A stretch of 64,000 bases of DNA from Podarcis pityusensis (lineage: Eukaryota), in the NCBI GenBank assembly GCA_964106645.2, contig OZ067038.1; one strand, written 5' to 3'. Numbering within the stretch: position 1 is the stretch's first letter; the number at the start of each line of letters is the position of its first letter. Positions 39,201 through 50,898 of the stretch are shown here, piece after piece. Under the pieces are notes generated by a model that ran no database searches, was not told where the DNA came from, and worked only from the letters and a program-made list of their open reading frames with translations. The position numbers and the translations under genes were made by a program.

Positions 39201-42200
39201 AGATAGGCCACTTGTCTGTTCTGGATCGGGTAGCACTTCTCCAGAAGGAGCAGGTGTGCAGTCTGGGAGTATTCTTTGATCCATCTCTGTCACTGGAGGC
39301 TCAAATGACCTCTGATGGTTATAGAGTTCTCCCTCCATGCAAGTATGACCCAGCCTCAGCCACTCATGGTTTAGAATAGGAGTCTATTGCTGAGAGAAGT
39401 AGGGAATTTCTGTACATAAGCTATCCAGAGATATGTAAGGAAACAGCCAGAAACAACTTGTTGGCTTGTACTGGCCTGAAATAAGTTTCTGACTGCACTT
39501 TTCTTTTCCAAGTATTCATGTCTTACAGCAGAGCCAGAAAATGCTTGGAGTTCTAACAGAGCATTAAAATAACTCACCCTTGCTGCTGCATCTGTTAGAA
39601 CTGCCAAAGCTTGAGACAACTGATGGAAGAGCTCAGCTAGGAAACAGAAAAAAATGAAACAGCAATAAGAGAATGCATACAATTCCTAGATATAGAACTG
39701 AGTAAATGATTGTCTGAAATTTGTCTGAGTAAATCATTTCAGAGAACACAACAAAGCTTCTTACAATATTTGAAAGTCAATCCTCACCATAACTTCAGAA
39801 CTTCAGTTTGCTCCGTTTAAAATACAGTTTGTCCCTTATGCAAGGATCAGTGCTTTATTCTTAATATCTTATTTCTAAACTTACAGGTGATTCCTAGTAA
39901 CTTGTATTTACTAGTAACCTTGGACAGTGAAAGCAAAACTTAGCCATCATGTATGAAAATACATTTTATTTTGTCTGTCCTGAATCTCAAACAATTAGCC
40001 CCCTTCTGAATACAAAATATTGCTGAGATCATTTAATTGAATATATTTATATTCCCCCAGATAAACTTATGAACATTGTAAGGCAGATTGCAGCAATAAA
40101 TATAATATATTGAGCAATTACAGAATTAACAGAAGTCAGTAAATTAAACATCTAGAATAGCCGCAGCTAAAAGATGAAGCCCACATAAAACCATCAACAA
40201 AAGCTTAGAAGAACAATAAAAATCTCAAATCTGCTTAAGACTCAAACAATGGGGGTCCACACACAATTTCTGAGGGAGCCTCAAATATCGGGGGCTACCA
40301 CAAAAAAGCTCTGTCTGTGGTACCTGCCAATCCTATGGCTCTTGGTAGCAGGCCTAAAAACTGCACCATTTGTCAACCAATGGACCTGGTACACAATAGG
40401 CTTAATGTGATTAAAGGGTCACATAAATAATCAAGCCTAGACACTGATATCCAGAACATTCCATCTATTACCAATAAAACACACCAGTGTAATTCTGGAT
40501 AAATCTAGCCACTTCTAGTGATCACACAGGGAAAACAGTCAATAAAACTAAGAGTGTCTATGAATACTTTCCATACCTGCTTTGGGGTTGTCTGGATTTT
40601 TATCTGGATGGCAGGACAAGGCCTTCTGTCTGTAGGCTTTCTTAATCTGTAAATGACAGAGCAAAAACAATGCAATGAACAGTGTGATTAGCAGATTAAG
40701 GCAGTATTCAGTTATGTAGAAGATAGGACAGCAGGCAACTAAAAGTAAATAGGAAAAGTTTTAAAATTAGCTCATTCTTTTAAGAGGTTTGTTTTGCTGC
40801 TAGAGGTTATCTGCCCAATGCAGGCCTACCTTATACCAAGCAAACCTGGTATAACACTGCTGTAGATATGACAAACACACCTGCTGCCTAATGCATCCTC
40901 AATGCTTGGACTGCAGTTGCTCAGGTAAATAAAAATATTTTATTTGTCAAAGTAACTGTTTCGCTGATTCCATCCAATGGCAACAACCTGGCCTGATAGG
41001 AACGGAACATGTGCTGACACTTGGCCAGAAGCTACAAAATACTACATGAGTTCCATGTTGGCCAGCCCCGATTGTTCTTGCTGTTTCTGCCTGTGAATCA
41101 AAAGTGCGCTCCAGAAGCCTCAACCCATCCTTGCAAATGCACATTTGATGGGTTGTTCAGTAGTGCTGGAAAAACTGTATTACTGATCTTCTCAGTAAGG
41201 AACCTCTGAGTTCTCTGGCACATTGAAAATCCGCGTGAGACTGTTAAGACACTGAATCTTTCTTCTGTTCGGGTTGCTGGATCAGATGTTGTTAGCATCT
41301 TTCCAGCTGTACAATTCTGTCACAACAGAGATACTATGAAGTATAGATCACATGCATTCATTTTAACATTAATACTCCCTATCAGAAACATTTTCATATG
41401 CAAAGCAGTGTCTTATTATTCTAAGATAACTACCCTAAAAAGTTCTGTCAATATACAGTATGCATAGACTAAAAACGTCTGGTATTTAGGCACCACCTAG
41501 TGGACCAAATGAGTACTAAAAAGACAACTTGAAGCTATTGATCCTTAAACTTAAAGCAAAATATTAACACAATAATATATAACAACACTATTTGACCACT
41601 CAAAGTGCTTAATACCCATTATTGCAGAAACTGTTACAAACATGCTTTCAAGAAGCTTCTAAAATGCTTGCCTGTAATAAGGAAATATCACCTCTAGGAA
41701 GGAAAACATGTTAAAATTTGGCTTTTTAAAAAATGCCTCAAATGGGGGTGAGGGGATCAGGATAACAAATAAAAATAAGTCTTCTAGCAACTTTTGAGGA
41801 ATATACTTGCAAGGTTGCCACAATGTTTGCCCACACAAAGTAAGACGGCATTATTATCAATTTATGCCAGATGGAGAGACTGAAAGAATTGTGGCCAAGA
41901 TCGGATGCAAACCAAGGACTTCCTAGTTCACAGTTCACCTCCCCCATCATTATACTCATCCCCTCAAGCATCCAAAGCAAACCCAAGAAGCCATCTCAAA
42001 TCACAGTTCATTCATGCAGCTCAGTACCACACACTTGCAAAGCCACTCATAAACAGATTCCCATGAGAGGTGGTGGACAGTCCTTCCTCGGAGGTTTTTA
42101 AGCGGGGGCTCGATGGCCACCTGTCATGGATGATCTAGTTGAGATTCCTGCATTGCATGGGGGGGGGGTTGGACTAGATGACTCTCGGGGGTCCCTTCCA

Positions 42201-42778
42201 ACTCTACCATTCTATGAGAGAGAGCTCGGTTGGCAGAGCACGAGACTTAAATTCCACGGTCGTGGCTTCGAGCCTCACGTTGGACAAAAGGCTCCTGCAC
42301 TGCAGGTTTGAACTAGATGACCGTCGTGGTCTTATATATAATGACTATGAGAAAACAGTATTATGATCGCATTTGAAGAAGGCGCGACTTTCGCGCAGGG
42401 CTGCACCCCGGCGCATCTCAGATTTACTGGGGAACTCAGAAGGGGGACCCATCGAGTACAGTGCCAAGTGGCCCCTAGGAAAGTGTGTGCAGTATCGCCT
42501 CAATACTTTAGGCCATGGGCCCTTGAACTCAGCAGCTCGAGGGCCCTGAGGTCTTGTCCCGTAAGGAGCGGCAGGGATAGAGCCCCCTGCTATAATTCTG
42601 GCCCTCGGGGGCCTGCGAGGGTCCGGCTAGGCCCTGAGGGATCTCCAGCGGCCGCCACCGCCGCCTCCTCTCCCTCCCCTCAGCCCGAGGCCTTGCCGAC
42701 CTCTTTATCCGACGCCTTCTCGCCAACTCCCAGAAGCGCGTACAAGTCCAACTCCAGCAGCTCCTTATCCACCGCCAT
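24158..42778 (-). CDS. DNAJC17: DnaJ homolog subfamily C member 17 (J-domain + RRM), 11 exons, 309 aa; join(42778..42701, 40646..40577, 39636..39578, 38146..38059, 37689..37607, 37083..36987, 36059..36010, 35516..35439, 34723..34643, 33619..33497, 24280..24158)
   Basis: [17 protein letters not shown]...[20 protein letters not shown] (HPD motif)...[21 protein letters not shown] (RRM)...[18 protein letters not shown]; all introns GT-AG; 930 nt in frame. Confidence 0.97.
25270..25390 (-). mobile_element. CR1 3'-end fragment
   Basis: Reverse complement of CR1 terminus: TTTAAGCAGAGGTTGGATGG...GGACTAGATG..CCCTTCCAA..TTCTACGATTCT. Confidence 0.7.
27346..27888 (+). CDS. C15orf62: C15orf62 homolog (180 aa, uninterrupted CDS), nested antisense in DNAJC17 intron 10
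   Basis: [19 protein letters not shown]...[17 protein letters not shown]...[23 protein letters not shown] matches recalled C15orf62; Kozak ACCATGG; expected nested position; AATAAA at 28720. Confidence 0.92.
   Translation: MDTWRRGSIRSSGFFKRLSFRRHKKLGNQVTIWNHNSQTIDTSGQQYNKRELPRDLTRKSDYLSCQSEQNLLSKPLPPPKPPRLYLDSASCPNIINHTDSPSTDISFPSTSRHFHKATQTQPDLFYRNQATNWWLSETTSCYRNPIRDPLDPFFSFTLDLGPSLLDDVLQTLRNQNLLSD
33497..33619 (-). CDS. DNAJC17: DNAJC17 exon 10
   Basis: [25 protein letters not shown]...ISK; AG/GT flanks. Confidence 0.93.
33718..33850. mobile_element. Palindromic hAT MITE (MER5-like family)
   Basis: CAGCATTCTCCAACCTGGTGCCCTCCAG.TGTTTTGGACT ... AGTCCAAAACATCT..AGGGCATCAGGTTGGGGAAG inverted arms. 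Confidence 0.7.
34643..34723 (-). CDS. DNAJC17: DNAJC17 exon 9
   Basis: [27 protein letters not shown]. Confidence 0.95.
35439..35516 (-). CDS. DNAJC17: DNAJC17 exon 8
   Basis: [26 protein letters not shown]. Confidence 0.94.
36010..36059 (-). CDS. DNAJC17: DNAJC17 exon 7
   Basis: (G)[16 protein letters not shown]; phase 1 to 0. Confidence 0.9.
36280..36385 (+). mobile_element. MIR/CORE-type SINE fragment
   Basis: CTGGGTGACCTTGG..CAGTCA...CCTACCTCACAGGGTTGTTGTGAGGATGAAATG core. Confidence 0.7.
36987..37083 (-). CDS. DNAJC17: DNAJC17 exon 6
   Basis: [32 protein letters not shown]. Confidence 0.94.
37607..37689 (-). CDS. DNAJC17: DNAJC17 exon 5
   Basis: [28 protein letters not shown]. Confidence 0.94.
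37713..37847 (+). mobile_element. tRNA(Lys)-headed SINE with CR1 tail
   Basis: AGTTGGTAGAGCAGGAGACTCTTAATCTCAGG..TTCGAACCCC head; TTCCAACTCTACAATTCTATGATTC tail. Confidence 0.85.
38059..38146 (-). CDS. DNAJC17: DNAJC17 exon 4
   Basis: [29 protein letters not shown]. Confidence 0.95.
39000..39310 (+). mobile_element. Degraded L2 LINE RT-region fragment
   Basis: GATGAAACTCAACTTTATTTCTCC...AATAAACTGAGCTTGAATCCTGGAAAGACGGAGG resembles L2 D-TQLY...N-LKLNP-KTE. Confidence 0.6.
39578..39636 (-). CDS. DNAJC17: DNAJC17 exon 3
   Basis: [20 protein letters not shown]. Confidence 0.95.
40577..40646 (-). CDS. DNAJC17: DNAJC17 exon 2
   Basis: [23 protein letters not shown]. Confidence 0.96.
41489..41506 (-). 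promoter_or_regulatory. Candidate CTCF site in DNAJC17 intron 1
   Basis: Minus strand GGTCCACTAGGTGGTGCC is close to the CTCF consensus CCASYAGRKGGCRS. Confidence 0.45.
42055..42330 (+). mobile_element. CR1 3' fragment followed directly by a tRNA(Lys)-headed SINE
   Basis: GTGGTGGAC..TCCTTCC..GGAGGTTTTTAAGC...TTCCAACTCTACCATTCTATGA then AGCTCGGTTGGCAGAGCACGAGACTT. Confidence 0.7.
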
Positions 42779-43480
42779 TTCTCTTCCCGCTCCGACCCGC
42801 TTCTTTACGGGGCCAAAAAGGCTGTTATTCCCTCGACTTGCCCGAACGAGCTTGCCTTCCCTCAGCTAGGCTACCCTCGCCCGCCGCCCCAACAGCGACT
42901 CGCGCTGCCCTGAGGCTGCTGGGAAACGTAGTCTTTGCCTCCTCAGCAGTTCCCCTTCCCGGGTGTGGCCAGAACTACGATTCCCGTCATTCCTCGGACC
43001 TAGAAAGGCTGGAGCTCCCAGGAGACACCGCGCAAGGGAAAGTGGGGGCGGGGAGGCCCCGTGGGCTCTTGGGAAATGTAGTTCTTCCCCTTCCGGTCTT
43101 GCCGGAGAAGAGCTGTCCGGGGTGATGGGAGTGGGTCTCTCGCCGCACCGCGCGTTTCTTGCACTATAGTGAGTATTACCGAGCCGGGCCAGTGGACGTT
43201 GCCATTAGTGAGGTTCTGCTCGTGGTTGTCTGGCGGGGAGGCGGAGGCGGCTTCTGCCTCGCTTCGCTTCCAGCCTCCTCGCCCTCCCGGCGCCCAGAGG
43301 CTGTGTCGTGTTGTGCAGCTGGGTGTTGGATTTCCAGATTTGGGACCGAGGTGTGTGCCTGGCGGGTTGTTGTTTTGCTCTTCTATGGTAAAACGGCCGT
43401 CGAGTTCCGCGCTGGTAGAGCATTTGCCTTCGACTGCTGGGTCGTGTGAATCGGCTGGATGACGCCCCGGGTCAGCCTAA
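42380..43480. promoter_or_regulatory. Bidirectional CpG-island promoter of DNAJC17 and ZFYVE19 with three ZNF143/THAP11 motifs
   Basis: Head-to-head genes; ACTACnnnTCCC motifs at 42920-42933 (-), 42973-42985 (+), 43070-43083 (-); GC box at ~43044. Confidence 0.85.
42701..42778 (-). CDS. DNAJC17: DNAJC17 exon 1 (coding part)
   Basis: ATG at 42778; [26 protein letters not shown]; donor GTCGGC. Confidence 0.94.
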
Positions 43481-44526
43481 GGTGGGTTGCTCCACAGCTT
43501 TCTCCATCATCTTTTCCATTTTTTGCCTTTTTTATTTTAACGAGGGAGTGAGAGGAAGGGGGGCGGAGAAGGCGGAGGAAGACGGAAGGAGAGATACCTG
43601 AAATGTGTGGGTTGTTCAATACATACATACATAAATGTGGGTGCCATGAATAAGGTGGGGGCTGGCATTCCTGGTCTTCAAAAAAGACTGAAATGTTTTG
43701 CTGTTGCAAGATGAGTACCAGGTGGGAAATCTCTCTGGATGTTTGCTTGTCCATGTGTCAGCCCAGCCGCATCTGCATTTTACAGTACATACAGTACAGT
43801 ATTGCGGAAATAAGTGGATCTATAGCTGTTCTGTGATCCTCTCTAAAAGCCTTGGAGCATGGCAGGAAAGTGTAGCCTCTTCTTATTTTTAAAGGTTGCC
43901 TGTAGGATGCTACCTTTAGGTGGTGGGTAATGTGCTAGCGGCCTGCGAAAGTGATGAGTCACTCCTCTTCAGAAATGTACATTGCCAGCCACCTTTCTCA
44001 CATAAATCGGTGCATTGTAGATGGTTGTGTTTGCCATCTGTGATGATGATAATGGGAACTTATGGGGTGGGTGACCCATTACACACAGACTTTGGGGGCA
44101 CTGCTTTCATCTGAAACTGATAGTGCTGAAATCTAGAATTCTGCCTTCTAGGAGACCCAATGATTTTCTCCTTTAAATTTGGAGGGGTCACCAGGATGGT
44201 CACCTCAGAAAGGATATTTATAAAAGAAGTGTAGTGTCTGTTTTCCTTTCCTTTGATTTAATGATTTAAGAACATTTCACTGGCAACCATTGCTGTTAAG
44301 GTTAAGGAAGGACCAGATCCTCACATTTTCTTCAGACTGCATGAACCTCAGGTTCCATAGCATGGCATGTTTTCAGTGGTCCATTGCTAACATTCCATAA
44401 CTGTACCGTCTCTCTTATTGTCTGGTCTCTCTCTGAAAGAGGAAGAAAGTTGAGGTAGCAGACAGAATAGAATCATGTGTCTCCATTTGTACATTTTTGA
44501 AGACTGAGTGTGCCACCTCACCTGAC

Positions 44527-44583
44527 ATGATGGATAGCAGATGTTATGGCTGTGCATCGAAGTTTACCGTCTTCAAGAAACAG
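44527..44583 (+). CDS. ZFYVE19: ZFYVE19 first coding exon (acceptor at 44502; ATG at 44527 or 44530)
   Basis: [19 protein letters not shown], donor GTATGG. Confidence 0.88.
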
Positions 44584-47500
44584 GTATGGTTTTCTCCACT
44601 AATCGTCTTTGTCATGAGAAAGGAGAGCTTGAAGAGTAGAACTTGGAACTATTATTCCAAAATGTTCCACTAGAACTTTCAATCAGGCTTTCAATCGTTT
44701 GTGACAGGTGCGCTTGCTCAAATATTACATATTTTAATGATGTGCCACTTGTTTAATCGTCTCCTGTCATTAATTTACTGGATGAGGTAGGTCTTAAGCA
44801 AATCACTTTCTTTTGTCCCAATTTTCTGTTTTGTACAGCTGTAAAGTGTATAGGTGCTAAGATAGGCAGAGGGGGCTCTCTTGCTAGTTCCTCCACCCTC
44901 AGAAGTTTGGGGTGTGGTGTGAAGGGGTGAAAATGTTATTTCTATGTTAGCTTTGCAAAGTAAGAATTAGGACTGATTAATACATTATGCTTTTTATACA
45001 CCTTTTCAATACAGTCTTGTATTGTTTTACTTTCATTGTTTATATAATAAAATATTTTGTAAACCACTTAGAGAGTATTCTTGCATTAAATGGAATATAA
45101 ATATATAAAATAAAACAAATATCCAATATCTGCAAAACTGTGTACAGTTACATGGGAGTAAGCATCACTGTGGGAAATTTCTGAATGAGTAGGCATGTTC
45201 TGTGTAGTGTGCACTTAAAAATGTAAGGTGTGCGTGAAGCAAACATACGTTTGGAATATTGTATGTATAAAAAGAACATTCACCAGAGACCCAGGATTCT
45301 CTTTTGGTAAATGAGTTTGGTGGCAAAGGTCTGCAGCTACATAATGTGTGGAATGGCTGAAATTAAGATTGATATCTTTGAGTACAGATTTAGTAAACAA
45401 AGGTTCATTTAATGTGTTTTATGGGAAGTATTTATGTTATGCTATTTATTTATTTAGAAAAAGTATAAGCAAAAACAACAAGCCAGGTTCAGTCATAAAG
45501 CATAATGTTTAGTCATAAAGCAAAACTAAAATTTACAAACCAGTTAAAAAAAAATATGGATAAACCCATCATTAAAACTAGGAAAACATTTAAAATAAAT
45601 ATCACTAAACCATGTGTCCGGTTTGGAGTGCTGAAATACTGTTAGCAAACACTTCCTGCATTCACATAAATTCTTTTGCTTTCAAAAGGTAGAAAATGGT
45701 CGAAGAAGGCTATACAGTGGTACCTCGCAAGATGAAAAACTCACAAGACGAAAGAGTTTTTCTTTTTTGAGTTGCTTTGCAAGACGAATTTCCCTATGGG
45801 CTTGCTTCGCAAGACGAAAAAGTCTTGCAAGTTTGTTTCCTTTTGGATTTTCAATGCATTCCTATGGGAAACCGTGCTTCGCAAGACGAAAAATTTGCAA
45901 GACGAAAAAACTCGCAGAACGAATTAATTTCGTCTTGCGAGGCACCACTGTAATGTTTTGATGTGGAAGCATCCCCTTTGTGAACCCTTTCCAAGAAGGA
46001 GTCATTCAGACTTCTTGGAATCATTTGCAGCTGGGTGTTAAGAGCACTTCCTTCCTTTTCCTCTTCCCTTCCTCTCTCAGTGTGGATGCAAGAAATGCGG
46101 GCGAGCGTTTTGCTCAGGCTGCCTGGGATTCAGTGCTGTTGTCCCCCATTGTGGAAACACCCAGCAGAAGGTCTGCAAGCAATGCCATGGGGAATTAACA
46201 AGGTAAGAAACCAGAGCTGTGGTTCTGATTGAGGGGTTCTCACGCTTTCCTTTTATGAAGGCAACACAGGACATTTCCTGCAGGGATTTGTCACTCCAGC
46301 ACTTCTACAGGCTAGGTGGGCATTCTCCACAACAATCTATATGATGCTGCAAGGAAGGAACGAAGGAAGTTTCTCAGGCTGTTTTTCAGCCTCAAGGCTG
46401 CATTCTCTCATAGGTAACTGGGCAGGGGCTGCATGCCTGCAAAGGGGGAGGGGGCAGAGGCAAAAGTAGTTAGCGCAACATACGTGCCTCTTAACTCTGT
46501 ACAGTAGGCTACATTCCAGTAATGCAAAAATCAGAAACTTCTACATCCCTCCCTGTCTCTCCATCTGTGCAAGCTAGCAGCATTATTCCATTTGAGGGAC
46601 ATGTTCTATCCAGGCAAAAGCATTCACGGAGGAAATGGAGCATGGCCAGTGAGGGCTACGTTTTGTCCCTGGGGCTGAGGTTCCTCAGTGAAATTGCTGA
46701 ACTTGTTAGAAAACTGGCATGTCAGGCTGAGGTTTAGGCTGGGACCTTTCTCCTTCGCATCTAGTTTTCTGTGTACTTTGATGGAAGATTGTTGCGGGGG
46801 TGCCTTCAGTCAGGCAATTCTTCATATGCAAGCCAGAGATCAACAAACAGCCTTGCCATCTCCCCTGCTGCTTTTGAGGCATAGGGTGAAATAGATTGGT
46901 GTTATACCCAGGACTTCTCAAGGATTGAAGGCAAGGCAAGATGGGGTTCTGTCTGAGGGCATGTCCTGCCATGATTAAGAATAACATTTGTTGATAAACC
47001 AGAGAGAGGAGCTGAGGGAAGTCGGGGGAGAGGGGAGGGGGGAAATGGGGGGGCAATTAAGGATGATATGTTTTTTGATAAAATGTTTTTTTGAAATCCC
47101 TAATTAAAAAAATTTAAAGAAAAAAAGAAGGGATTTATGTTCTGCCATTGTGACATTTCTCCTTTTGCTTTACAGTGGCTCACCTCAGTCAAACGCAGCT
47201 AAATGGTCTCCACCAGAGAACTATAAAAAGTGAGTTCTATATAATCTATCTATCTATATATTATCTATTAAATTTGTATACTGCTGTTCATCTGAAGATC
47301 ACAGGATGATTCATAGCATAAAAAGACAAAGTGAGAACACAAAATACATAATAAAAACGAGAGCAAAAACAAACCAATAACCCCATCCCACAAATGCATT
47401 TAAAAGGATGCCAAAGCCAAAGATGCCAAAGACCTGGTTAAAGAGAAATGTTTTCACCTGGTCCCTAAATATATGTAATGAAGATGCCAGGTGAGCCTCC

Positions 47501-50500
47501 CTGGGGAGAGCATTTGCAAGCAAGGAGCCACCACTGGAAAGGCCTGTTCTTGTGTTGCTACCCTCTGGACATCTAGTGAAGGAGGCACACGAAGAAGGGC
47601 CAACGATTATGACCACAGGGTCCACATTGGTTCATGTGAGGAGAGGCGGTCCTTGAGGTGTTGCGGTCCTGAGCCATTTAAGACTTTATAGGTCAAAAAC
47701 AGCATTTTGAATTGGGCCCCAAAATTGTCAGCCAGTGCAGTTGGGTCAGGATTGGTGTAATATGCTCAAACCATCTTTCCCCAGTGGTCAACCAGCTGAA
47801 GTTTTTGAACCGTCTTCAGAGGCCTCCTTCTGCACTGCAGTAATCTAACCTAGAGGTTACCAGAGCATAGATGACTGGCTAGACTATTCCTGTCCAGAAG
47901 GGGGAGCTGTGGGTTTAGAAATACCCCAAGCAATGTACCTGCTCCTTTAGAGGAAGTGTAACCCCATAAAAAGCAGGCAATCTCCCATCCATTTAGTCTA
48001 GGAAAGAACCCACTAACAGTGTCTCAACGTTACCTGGATTGAGCTTCAGTTCATTGGCTTTCATCCAGTTTGTGACCAAGGCGAGACATTGGTCCAGCTC
48101 TTCCACTGCCACACCTGCCGATGTGAATGAGAAGTAGACCTGTGTGTCATCAGCATATTGCTGACAATGTACTGCAAAACTCCAGATAATCCTATTCAGT
48201 AGTTTCATGCAGATGTTAATTTATTATCATCATTAAAAGGTTTATACCGCCCTTCATCCACAAGTCCTGAGGCCGTTCACCACACAAAAATACAAGATAT
48301 AAAACACCAAATACGTAATAAAAACAAGAACAAAAACAATCTAATAACTCCCTTCCCCTCACCCCCTCTCACAACACATTTAAAAGGGTATCATATGTTA
48401 ATCAGCCAAAGGCCTTGAAGAGAATTGTTTTCATCTGGCACCTAAAGGTGTATAATGAAGGTGCCAGCCGAACCTCCCTGGGGAGGGCATTCCACAAACA
48501 GGGAGCCACTGTCCTTGTCTCTCTCCCAACACATGGCATCATACACGGCAACCAAAGCAATTTCTGTGCCAAAACCAGGCCTAAACCCCAATTGAAATAG
48601 ATAGAGATAATCAGTTTCCCCCAAGAGCACCTGGATCTGGTACGCAAATAACAATCTAGCTGGTTTTATTCCATATCCTTGGTGTAAGTTGCAAACAAGG
48701 GTGTATACTTTTGCTCATTTTACAGATCCAAGTCTTTGTTCTGAACTGCCACCATTAGCTCTAGGTAATAACCAGCCACTTGTAATGTTCTCTTTCTCTA
48801 GTTTGTGTCAGGATTCGAAGCCCTAATGTAAAGGGTGGGAAGTCAAAATTGTTTTCTCAACCTCATCTAGCACTGCTTTGCTGTTGTAATGGTAGTTCTT
48901 CTTTCTTATTGGAGTAGCTGTGATTTCCACTCATATGATGAGAGAAGGCAGTTTTTCATAGTCGCTGCATAACCTTCATCCAAAATTACCCGTTGCTTAG
49001 GACCGATTCACTCATGCCTATGTACTTCGTGATTGCTCAGCACTTGATTGCTCAGTTTTTCACATCTCTGGCTGAACATGTGAATGGGCTTGGGAAACAG
49101 GACTGCGTTTTACTTGGTGGGGTGATTCCATCTGTAGTGTTTGTTTTGTGCATGCAAGTAGTCAGCTGATGCTCAAATGATCAAATGGTGTGGGTGGGTG
49201 TGAACAAACCCCTAGAGAAGCACATGGAATATGATTTTAAAATTATTATTTCCCCTTTAAAAAAACCCAAAACCCTGCTGTAAGTCCTCCTGGTTGCTCT
49301 TTCTGTAGGCGTGTAGCAGCCCTTGAAGCCAAGCAGAACCGGCCACAGGGACTCCAGAAGGGTTTGTTGAAGTCCCAAAGCCAAGCAGGCTCCAGATATC
49401 AAGGTCTATCAAAAGAGGATCGAGCTCTAGCAGAGAGACTGGAGAGGCTCAAGAAGGAAACAAAACCCAGTAAGCTGTGTACTATTTTTGGAGTGATTCG
49501 CTCTTATCACCCCTGGAAAGCCTGCTTAAAACAGAACTTAAAAAATTAATTCCCAGCCTTGCAAATGGAGGGGAAGGCTTGTCCTTAGCTTTAAGCCAAC
49601 ATGTGCTTGCAGCAGTGTGGAAAAAACCAACGATGGCAAGGTTACCTTCACTGTTTATTTGCACAATAGATCTGCCACACACTGATCCAGTTTGCACATA
49701 ATGCTACGCTAAACCATGGCTTAGTGTGAACACACTGGTTCCTGGAGAGGAGATTGTAGCCACTTTGCTCTTCCTCCGATCCTCCTGCAGTGCTGCGAAC
49801 TAAGCCACGGTTTGTTGTACAAGCCTGGCCTTGTGATTTGTTTTCCTTTGGACAAGCTGTAACCTGAGCTGTAACCTAGGTTTGCTCTAGGTTTACAGCT
49901 CATGGTTTGTCTTGAGCAAAAACAGAACTTATTTTTCAGGCAGTACTTATGGAATTGCACAGTTAGTTGATATATTGCTATTTGCTCTGGGTTGATGACC
50001 TCTGTAGCATATACATCTTTGACGCTTCCTTTTGCAGGCCGTTGTGCTGCTGCTGGAAGCTGCTTTAGATACCTTCCAATTGAAGGTGCTGAAGGGAAGG
50101 CACCAGACAATGGTCTGAATTCAGCTTGCATCTGTGTGATACTTAGGCAGGGCTATGTATAATTAGTGTGTCCCTGGGATTGCTACACAAGGCAAGCATC
50201 TGACATTTGGTAGGCATTATAAATATTCTTGTGGGCGGTTGAAAGGAACTTCTATTCATTGTTTAGTTTCTGGCGATTGAGGTCTCTGAAGCAGCATTGC
50301 TTGATATGTGAACAATGTCTGATGGAAACCTCAGACTGAATGGGAAGGCCCTCCAGTGGTCAGCAGGTGGAGTTTCTGTGTCCTGAATAGCTCTTTGTCC
50401 TGCCTGCAGAGATAGCACACAATGCAACAATTGTTGTCTGTTACTTAAGCTTTATTCAGACAGCAGGATTTGGGGTTTGCAGGGCACTGAACGTGCACAG

Positions 50501-50866
50501 GCTAGGGAATAATGCTGTGGGGGCGGAGAAGGGAAATATTTTATTCCAGTATCACAGGTGGTTCTCGGTATCCTCTGGGTCTAGTCAATATGATGGCTGG
50601 AGCAGGGGTGGGGGTGGGGAAATACTTGCCTATCTGTTTTAATGCAAAGCACGAAAGCTACAAAAGCCTCTTGGGCTCTCTTAGTAAAACAAGATTGTTC
50701 TTAATTGAACAGAGTCCATTCCATCTCAGGCTGAGATAGAGTCTAGGCTGGCAGCACTAAAAGATGACCCTGCAAGACCCATTCCATCAGCCCAGGAGAT
50801 GGAAAACCGGCTGGCAGCCTTGCAGGGCAGAACAATCCCCTCTCCAGCTCCAAAACCAGTAAGATT

Positions 50867-50898
<32 letters not shown>

